Source: Bacillota bacterium
GTDB taxonomy: Bacteria > Bacillota > Sulfobacillia > Fermentithermobacillales > Fermentithermobacillaceae
Direction of reading: 5' to 3'
Length of the DNA stretch: 64,000 bases
Assembly: GCA_040767525.1 (NCBI GenBank)
Contig: JAXGOJ010000009.1
Location: 1,199-65,198 of the forward strand
The position numbers were made by a program, and so were the translations under genes. A model generated the notes under the pieces. That model was not told the origin of the DNA. It saw nothing but the letters and a program-made list of their open reading frames with translations, and did no database searches. Positions 54,870-64,000 of this stretch are shown here, piece after piece (within the stretch, counting starts at the first letter, position 1; every line of letters begins with the position of its first letter).

Positions 54870-56146
54870 AACATAAATTTTCCATCCTGAAAGAACCACA
54901 TGTCCATCCTGATGACCATGTTGACATTCTTTGTCATCAAGATCCTTATCAGGACATCCATCAACAACAAGCATATCAGCAAGTTTCCCTATCCAAGAGT
55001 GCCCAGAATCTCGCCTACGTCCAAAATCTGAGCGTTGACCTGTTGCAGCCCAAATCGCTTTCCACTCACAGTAAACCTGCTTGCACATACAGTCGAAGTT
55101 TCTCTTCTGGCGAAGCCTGCAGATACCGGAAAAACTAATCCATAACAATATCTGCCCTGACACCAACAGTTACTTCTCTGCCTGCCGCATACGACGGACT
55201 TCCCGGGCGGTTTGCCTCCTTACTCATGGTGAAACGCCGTGATGTCGAACCGAAAACATCCTCCAAACTGAATGATGATGATACAGTATGGAATCAGGGT
55301 GCAGCGCAGATTGAGTGCCCCTTAATGCCATGAGACGAATAGTTTCGTCTGTTCGAGTGTACGGGTGCTCGATGCACCACACTTACCAACAGCCCACTGT
55401 ATGTAAAATGTCTCAGCGTCATTGCCGCTTTTAAGCTCCAGGCGCAATTTCGTCGGTAGCAGCAGCAACTTCATCACGACCGCTGACGCCGTGGTAAATC
55501 TTTATCACATCACTTTTTTGAACTGTCTCTTTACCGTGCTTCAATCATCGGGCTCTGCTGGTTTCTGGATTTTCTCAAATCCTGCAGCAACAGGCGATAA
55601 GCCTTCTGCGCCATACGCACTGGTACCGTTATGAGACAACCCGCAGCAAAGACTCTTGGCAAAGGAAGGCGGTTTTCTCTAATCCAGAATTTAACTTGAA
55701 ATGGAAACATTTCAAAATGGGATCCAGCATCACGAACATCGGTTACTCCGCTCTAGTAAAACCTGGAGCTCGCTCCTCCAAGAACGTAGAGTGCTGTCTG
55801 CTGTGTTTGAGCAATGGTTATGGTGATGCTTGCCCAGTGTACGACATATGAATGAGCATCAATTAGCCCTAGCATATTGTTTAATCGATACATCAACCAC
55901 CACTGCTGTGAATCATACTAGTCTAGGCAATCAGGCGAAAGAATCGCCTCGTTAATCTTCGATTCCGGTTGATAATCACTGTCCTTCTTGTTTCTTCACC
56001 GGTTGCATAAAACTTGCCCTTCTTTCAGAACACGGAATACATTGTACTTGCAAGAGTAGGTCGAGCTGGCAATTTGCGGATCATCTGTAACACACGGAAT
56101 CGTCAATCCATTTTCGCCGTTCCAAATGCGAAATAATTTCTTCCAT
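54870..56146 (-). pseudogene. Amidohydrolase superfamily remnant
   Basis: GLIDAH near 55860, IEH near 55370, GKLADMLVVDGCP near 54970; many stops and indels. Confidence 0.7.
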
Positions 56147-56779
56147 ATCATTACCTCCGTATATTTTGATTATATCCCAAAGCCTTCTTCTGGGGCAAGC
56201 GACGGAAACCGGGCGAAGATCCTGACACTGATTTAACGATCTTACCAAATCTGACTTCTTACCGTTAACGTCTGATGTGTAAATGGTCTTCCATTGCAGC
56301 CTTCTTCTCGCTACTTCTCCGGCTCCAGTTCCGTTTTGTTCTGATACCGGTTGTGGGCAGCCGGGTAATAAACGATGTAAGTTAAGGGTACTTACCAAAC
56401 TGGCTCAGAACACAGGATTCGTTAATATACTTAAAGGCTTTGATTACGTAGTGGAAACAACGATCACCGGTGCAGAAAACCAAGTAAACAGCGTGCAATC
56501 CATATTACGCAGATGGTGTATAAAGAAGTCAAAGATATGCTGTTAGAGTACGAAAATGCTTTTCGGTACTCTAACTCCAAAAGAAGACAAAACAATGAGT
56601 CCCTGAAACCTCTACGTTGAGGGTGAAGACGCGTTGTCAAGCAGTCTTGACTCGCAAAACCTCTATCGAACTGCGCTCAGGCTTTGTAAACGCCCGTGCG
56701 GAGATCAGTCCTGCTGGCTGCTCTCCTCACTTCTCCTTCAATAAAATTAGTCTGTCGATTTTTATGTATCCTGGCAAGT

Positions 56780-57378
56780 TACTTTATTACGTGTTAATCC
56801 TTCTGCCAGAATTGAAAACTCCGTTGATCAGAGGGACAAACGTCCCATGGCAGCATTCCCAAATGATGCTCCAAAAGTTACCATCATCGTCCAATTTTAC
56901 CGACAGTGGATATCCAGTGGCGGTACCGCGGAGGTCATTGCTTGTACGTGAAGAAGAAATACCAGACGGTAATTAACGCCCTAACTGCAAACAAAAAGTT
57001 GTCTACAGAGATCATGGAAGAAATGTCGCAGCAATTTGTCCAGGAACTGAGATTGAACTGAACCTTGATTCCAAGTCCAGCACCGGTTCAGCTAAGGACA
57101 GTACGTTCTGAATCCTGTTACTTCCAGGCGATATTCTTGGAGTACCTGGCATAGGGCACATCCCAGCAAGAGGAATTAATGCGTACCACTTTCTGGAACA
57201 AGTACTATTGCAAGATTCCTTATGTTGTTGAAGCCCAAGCACCTGGCATGTCCTGCAAGCTTACACCGATAAAGAGGTGCTCAAAGAACCGGTAGTAGGA
57301 GTTTTCTTTGACGAGAAGACTCATCATAGCCAGTGTACCTATAGCCGAAACCCAGATTCCAAGTTGCACAGTACTCAT
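56780..57378 (-). pseudogene. Uncharacterised membrane protein (module gene 4)
   Basis: MSTVQLGIWVSAIGTLAMMSLLVKENSYYRFFEHLFIGVS; C-terminal MMVTFGASFGNAAMGRLSL; frameshifted. Confidence 0.65.
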
Positions 57379-58208
57379 TCACCTACAACCCCCTCTCGTC
57401 TGGTCGCGAATAGGGCACATTAGCCCGAGAATTACAAGTCCGACAATTATAAGATGTGAGACGATCATGTCCATAGCCGCGACAGCACTCCCAGGTTCCT
57501 GCAGCAGTTGTTCGTATTCTGCACCGGACTTTAAACCCGAGAGCAGTCCGTCCAACTGGCGGGCTTGGAGGTACGGCATGTTAGCAGGTGCCATGACCGT
57601 AACGACATAAAGGAGTAGTAAGAGATACACCATACTCGTTGTAATCATTCTAACCCATGCAGGTGTAGTTGCCCCATCTGTAGGACCAATGTCAAAGGAA
57701 CAACCAGGTCAAAGTCATTCACATTCCCAACTGCAGACATTAGTTCCAGACTATCTACGTCCGTACCGTGAAAGTAGAAAGTCTTTTTTGAACACCTGTT
57801 TGATGTCTCTGCAAAGAGCGGAAAGCCTAATTCTCTCCTGCAAAATAGCCGAGATTAACATAGTCTTCACCATATTTCTTCCCCAGACTTTCGTACACCC
57901 CGAGCAAGGAGGCTGTACATTTCCTTCCGTAGTCGGGGAAGCCCACAGCCACGACTTTGGCATTTTTCGATAAGTGGGAAAGCATTGCCCTTACACTGGC
58001 ATCTAATTCCGGAAGTCCGCCAGCTGAATAATCATACGAAAGCATAACCTGGCGCCTTCAGCAAGGCGTTCGATACGGTCAAATACCTGCTGAGTCTCAG
58101 GCTGATATCAAGCGGTAATCCAATCAATAAATCGTGCGGCAAGGATACTCCCACAGCCAAAAGCAGATAAACAATTCGTGGGTCCATGCGTTCCAGTTTA
58201 CTTAGCAC
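57379..58208 (-). pseudogene. Uncharacterised membrane-anchored protein (module gene 3)
   Basis: MLSKLERMDPRIVYLLL, SYDYSAGGLPEL, GKKYGEDYVNLGYFAG, MPYLQARQLDGLLSGLKSGAEYE, C-terminal TM; frameshifted. Confidence 0.65.
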
Positions 58209-58222
58209 CGATCATCCCCCTA

Positions 58223-58826
58223 TTCAACTTCCGTATCCTCTCTCTAACCCTAAAAGCATCCGTAAAGAGATAGAGATAGCCCAGAGCGCTGCAAATCATG
58301 ATTCCAGCGCGGCTCGCTGTGTTAGGGATATTCATGCGATCCATTCGCTCACAACGGGCAGATATGGAGAGATGACGGCTAATAGGCACTTCCCATCATT
58401 ACCAGTATGGCGGCAAGAAGAAGTAGCGCAGCCTCGGCGTTTCTGTCGAAAATGCCCGGTACGACGGAGCCAAGGTAAAAAGCCAACATCGAATACATTG
58501 TTGTTCCACAAGCTACAACTATGTTGTCAAATAAGAAAACATATGGGTTTGAGTCAATTCCCAGGGATAATCCGACAATGATAGTAACTGCAAGCCCCAG
58601 AGGAGCGACACACCGCTGAAAAAGGGCTGCTGCTTCTTTCTGATGCTGGATGAATGGACGGCACAAGGTTGACACCGCCTAATCCGATTGCAAAGGCTGA
58701 TATTACCACCGCCCAAGATCGTATCTCCTGGGCCATGGTTTTGAAGAGCGGAGCCTTAAAGTAGTAGTCAAGAAGCATAAGCAAACCGCACAGGAAACCT
58801 ATGAGGTTAATAATCTGCTTCCTCAA
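58223..58826 (-). pseudogene. Uncharacterised membrane protein (module gene 2)
   Basis: MRKQIINLIGFLCGLLMLLDYYF...W..VISAFAIGLG; TMYSMLAFY; EAALLLLAAILVMMG; frameshifted. Confidence 0.65.
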
Positions 58827-58840
58827 AAAGCCACACCCCC

Positions 58841-59606
58841 TAGAGTCTCATCAGTTTAACCAATCAATGTCGAGTCTGCGAGAAGATCCCCAAAAGCACC
58901 AGGAATACCGCAAAGGTGGCTTTACCAGCGTAATTTCGGCAAGATTTCAGCTGAACTGGAACCTTCAGATAGAGGTGCTTCCTGCGGCAAACATCTCTTC
59001 ACCTATCAGGTGAAATCACATGATACTACAAAGAAAGGTAGTTGGTACATATTAGTAGTGCCTGCAATCTGGGTGGCTCCTGCCTGAAAAGACGCTCAGC
59101 CAATAGCATCGTTTCGGCAGCAAACGCACCGATAAGAATGTCGGTGTTACCTCCTCACGGATACAATACCAATGATCCCCGCAGAGTATACCTACTGGTT
59201 CGTTGAGAGATATCTTACATCCGTTTCTTTGAACTTTTCCGGCTTACCTTCTTCAACATAGCCCTGGCGAACTGTTTCAATTGTTGACAGGAAAACTGTG
59301 TCCGGCTGGCAGGTAAGCAGCTTATGAGACGGGTATCGTACCTGGCACAGAGCCTTGCAAGGTATGACGTACTTGTAGCCCGGCAAACATTTCTGGCGCC
59401 GAGGCTCCAGTCAGGGTACCTGCATACCGGAGGAGAAGTGAAATCCTACTGACCCATCTCGGTTGCGCATCAACAAACTCCTCAATAACAGCCAGACTCC
59501 GGGATATCCTGAACATAAAAATCTTTTCTCTCATACTAACCGGATATTATACAGTATTGCCGCCACAAGGAGAATCATGGACAAACACTCTGTTTGGTTC
59601 GAGCAA
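58841..59606 (-). pseudogene. DUF6754-like membrane protein (module gene 1)
   Basis: AGATQIAGTTNMYQLPFFVVSCDF.LIGEEMFAAG reconstructed across an indel; AGGGAGG RBS with TTG 59606; family recalled from the motif. Confidence 0.65.
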
Positions 59607-60049
59607 TGCTCATCCTCCCTGCAATCGTCGATACCGTGAGCCTTCCAGCCAATCAACATGCTCAGAGTCACACCAGCCATTTCGTCCTAAAGAAGTCAAT
59701 TTGAAAACTCCTTCAAGCTTAACACAAGAGTATTTTTTCTAAGTTTCACTCCCTCCTCCCATCCTCTGAATCAAAGCGCCTTCGAATTTCCCATGCACCC
59801 ATTGGTACTTACTGGGCGTGTCGATACCTGTTCATCAGGTAGTCCTACTCATGGGAGAAATCACTTGCTTACATGACTGTTTTGGTTTATCAGCGCTACT
59901 TCAAATTGGCGGCGTCTCGTATGTGGTATCTGCTAACTTGCATAGACTACATGGTGCATTCGTGGTACGTTCTACCCCAATGGTACATTACCGCGTTCTA
60001 CATACCTCTCATAGAATCCTTCTATTTTATTCAATGATTGTTATATGGC

Positions 60050-61480
60050 AATATCCGCAAACTGGCAGAAGTAGCACTGCAGAAGACGTTCTCATATTGC
60101 CTTGTATGTTCTGGTATGAGTAACTATACGATCAACGGAAGAGTACTCTGTCTGTTAGTATCAATCTATACGAAGTGCCAGCATTGTTGAACTCGACTCC
60201 CAGCATTACCACCACAAACACCGGGACATATCCCACGTGCTTAATGATTAACCCGCCTACCGGGCTCAAACACAAGAAAGGTAGCCAAAAGGTTCAACAT
60301 GCCAGCCACCGGTTGACGATCCTTCTCTTGAGCATCGCCCACCACATACCCTGTACATCCTACCCACGACGAAGACTTGCGCTTCCTACACAGCATAGAT
60401 ATCATCACTGAACAATTCAAACCACAGAAACCAGCGGTACTGTGAACAGATGATAATGCAACAACGGACTTGCTGCTGATGCAAAGCGGCGCTTCAATTT
60501 ACCACTGCTCTGCTGCCAAATCGCGACGCAAGTCGCCCTGCAAGCATACTTCCCAGGGAAATCCCGGCCATCTCAGCCCACACAAGAAGACCTGCAACCT
60601 TATCTGAAAGCCCGATCTCGTTAAGCCCGTAAAGAAGAATAAAGGGAGCTACAAGATGAATTCCCATTGAAAGCAACCGCGCGCCGAAAAACAATTTGAG
60701 CCGTCTACTGGAATTGTGTATCACGTTTGCGATAGTACTTGAGGGTACAGGTTCTCCATCTGTCACTTCCCCGACACCATGTTTGGCATTCTGATCTGCC
60801 CTCGAACTTCGTCTGTATGCTTTGCTAAGGGCCTTATTCCCGTGCTGTTCGACACGTCTAAGCACTGGAACAGTCATCAGCAACCCTAAGGAGCCCAGCC
60901 CAAAAACGAAAACATAACCCAGGCTCCTGTCCAATACACCCATCCGTATAAACAGATGTAACATGACTCCTGCAAACATGGTCCCGGAGCTTTCGGCGAC
61001 TCCGTAAGCTCCAAGAAACTTGCTGCACTGCCTGCCTATGGCTGTGCTTACAGTATCAGACCACGGAACAAAAGAAGCACCATCACCGAACGAAAAGCAT
61101 AGCCAGCTCACGGTGAAAAACAAGAGCAATGCCGGGACCCAGAAAATGCGCTACCAGCGGGGCAAGAACCACAACAGTGTAGCCGACCACTGAAAAGACA
61201 CAATCTTACGAGGAGACCGTCTAACCCGCCTTGAAACCAGAAGCCGACAAATACCTGGAGGCAGGTGGAGTCCCTACTCGCCTTACAGCAGAGCCAGTCC
61301 AATCAGCCAGTTGAAAGCCGCTCCAATGTGCTGAGAAACATGCGCAACCACACTTGCAGCGTCGAACAAAGAATAGTAACTCGTGAAGAACCCCTCAACT
61401 AATAGCAAGCTTTAGTTACGGTAATTTGAGCAGCCTTATTTTTCCGGAAGAATCACCGCTTGATCTTACCGTTTAAGGGC
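60050..61480 (-). pseudogene. MFS transporter remnant (boundaries approximate)
   Basis: Multi-TM fragments, VPWSDTV, APFILLYG, LAGRLASRFGSR loop motif. Confidence 0.7.
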
Positions 61481-62052
61481 GAAGAAAATTACCTCCTCGA
61501 AACGTATAAGCTGCCTATACGCCTCTTGAATACGACAACACAATAAAGACAAGATTATTTGCTATTCAGATGTACGACTGAATGCTAGTTATTTTCTCTT
61601 TACTAATTGATAGCAAGAAGAAACCATACCAGGACAAAAGACGGAATTGAGAGGGCCGTGGCGAAATATCGCATCAGCGCCCTGTCACCTGATTAAACTT
61701 AGCAATACTGTCTTGGTCACATCACCTACAAGTCTTTCGGTATCGTACCCATTGCCTCTGCAATTTCTCCCTAGGATATATCATATACTTTATACAAAAT
61801 CTCATTGATTGATACAATTTCCGAGACACTGCAAAACAGACTACTCAAAAAACAATGAGTCTTGAGTCATTAGGAACCAGTACATAGGCTTGGAGATATT
61901 AAGAAATTTGAGATGACACACGTGAATTCCGAAACACGCAAGTAGGCATGTGAAATCAACAGGTGACTCAAATTATGAAATTATATAACGAGGCGATCAA
62001 TCAATGCACACTGGTACTCGTGTAAATTCAATCAAGAGCAAGAATCTGGAGC

Positions 62053-63861
62053 ATGGCAATACCCAAGGCGTTCATTCAGATTTGTGGGAGATCAAAGAAT
62101 CGTGCCAGCAAATTGCAGAAGCTGTTTCCGCCGCCCTTAGTGTAGAGACAGAGATCATCGACTCGAATCTCAGGATTATTGCCGCTACTTACCTACTGCG
62201 ACATATCGGACATACTGAAGAAGGCGGAAAATCGAAAACGGATTTGTATTTGGCAGAGCCATTACAGGAAATGAGTACGTTGTCCTGAAACCTCTAAGGA
62301 AGATCCAACATACGACCCTGCATCCCTTACCGGAATACCCCTGAAACAGGCCTCATATGCTGCCCCATCTCCATATGAACAAGTTGCAAGTGTCATACTT
62401 TCACGAGACTTGAGCAGCGCCAGGTGATTTTCGACGATCTAGGTACTCATATGGAATTTTCAGAAGGATGAGTTTTTGCTTGTAAAAGTTATGAAAGACG
62501 TGCCCGAAAGTCTTTTGAACTTATACATGGTGCAATTTTACTACCATAGATGTTTTCTGCGCGAAGGAGTGATTACTCTCGACGAAAACATTTTACAACT
62601 CACTGCAAAAGTCAAGAAAAGCATCTGCCACAATTTTCTTACTGCACTGACCTTTGTGGATCTCAGGTCATGAGTTCTCTCAATCGTTTCATTGAACGGG
62701 CTGTTGAATCAAACAGCCCCTTTGTCGATCAAGAAGTATTCATTCCATCGAGAGACTCCGGCCAGGACAAGCATCTTTACGTTTCAATTTTTCCGGTAGA
62801 AGTTAAGGACATTCCTGCCGGCGGCGTTATTGTGCTAAAAGATGCAAGAGAGATTCAAGGCCTTGCCTACTCGGTTACTGAGCAGAAAGAAAGCCGCTCT
62901 TTCGATGAGATTATTGGCTCGGGCGGCGCAATGCGAGACTCAAAGACCGTGCTACGCGTGTAGCCTTCGGGAACTCGACTATTCTTATCACCGGAGAAAG
63001 TGCGTACCGGCAAAGACCTTCTGGCAAGGGCTATTCACCAGGCAAGTTCCCGGTGACGTACTATTTGTAGCGGTAAACTGCAGTGCGATCCCAGAAAGCC
63101 TCCTTTCTTGAAAGCGAGTTTGATATGCATCTGGTTTTCACAGGGCAGGGCGAAGGAAAGCCAGGCAAGATCGAACTGGCAGATAAAGGAACCTTTTCCT
63201 TGATGAAATCGGCGATATGCTCTGCACCTTCAAGCCAAGCGTTTCCAGAGTACTTCAAGATTACGCTATAACCCGCCTTGGTTCTAATAGGGAAAGAATA
63301 GTAGACATCAGGGTCATATTGCCACCAACTACGACCTTGAGAAAATGATGCGGGAAAAGGAATTCGGGAAGACCTTTACTCAGGTTGAGCGTGATACCCT
63401 TCGCATACCTCCTTTGAGAGAACACCGGGAGGATATCCTGCCTCAAATGCTCAAACACTACCTAGACAGATATACCCGTATAACCTGAAAAGCAAAGAGG
63501 GTTTACTCAAGAAGTGCTTGATTTGTTCCTGTTTATGATTTACCAGTAATGTAAGGAACTGCAAAATGCCATCGAATACGGGATTAACATGGAAGAAGGT
63601 TCTTTGATATCAATGACCAGTGTACTTCATATTGCAAGATGGTTGACAGCCAAAAGCACCCCATCTGGGCGCGGTCTCAAAGAAATCGCTATTTCCGAAG
63701 AAAGAGCCATACAACACGCCATGGAGCAGGCGCGGCCAGGCAGGGCAGCCCAGGTTGAAAGGGCAGCACGAATACTAGGCATTAGCAGGGCAACCTGTAC
63801 TGCAGACTCAAGAAGTACAGCACAAGGTACTAATCTGTTGAATCGTTGTTCGAATGAGTAG
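62053..63861 (+). pseudogene. Sigma-54-dependent activator (sensor-AAA-HTH), fragmented
   Basis: QQIAEAVSAALSVETEIID, SFDEIIGS, TILITGE, FVAVNCSAIPESLL, GKPGKIELADKGT, ELQNAIEYG, AARILGISRAT. Confidence 0.88.
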
Positions 63862-64000
63862 TCTACGACCAGGACTTGCGTCAGACCAGTAAGCACCCAA
63901 TGATATTTGCAGTATATATACATGCCTCTACTACAGGCACACTGAATCGCAAAAACAACGAGTAGAAACAGGAATCTGTGAGCAGACTATTGGGATTGTG

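Noticed and set aside
56542-56575. CRISPR repeat
   Set aside because: Single copy, no spacer array and no cas genes in the window
56200-56740. GntR/FCD regulator remnant (AAMEDHL fragment)
   Set aside because: Only one short motif; too degraded to call

Overview
Chromosomal window from a spore-forming Bacillota (Firmicutes) genome, with almost all genes on the - strand, in three zones. (1) 1-31.3 kb is conserved core: queA, spoIID/lytB-like, queH, ruvCAB, bofC-like, yebC, nadE, yunB, tyrS, PBP1A, mutS2, polX, pheST, trmH-like, ktrAB, infC-rpmI-rplT, thrS and ytxC, plus two T-box riboswitches and an L20 leader. Many genes here, including essential ones, are split by small indels that are most likely assembly errors. 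(2) 31.4-52.7 kb is a nearly intact peptide uptake and catabolism region. It holds an oppBCDF set whose oppA appears deleted, an orphan oppA, and between them a 15-kb predicted operon: DUF4438, PLP class V enzyme, GntR, OCD/mu-crystallin, oppABCDF, M24, S9, S41 and a second PLP class V enzyme. This operon is the best candidate here for an undescribed pathway. (3) 52.7-64 kb is decaying: a divergent Alr-family racemase, an internally deleted oppA paralog, an amidohydrolase, a four-gene DUF6754-type membrane module, an MFS transporter and a sigma-54 activator, all fragmented. No rRNA, tRNA, CRISPR array, phage or transposase was recognised. Family calls come from motif recognition by eye, not database searches.
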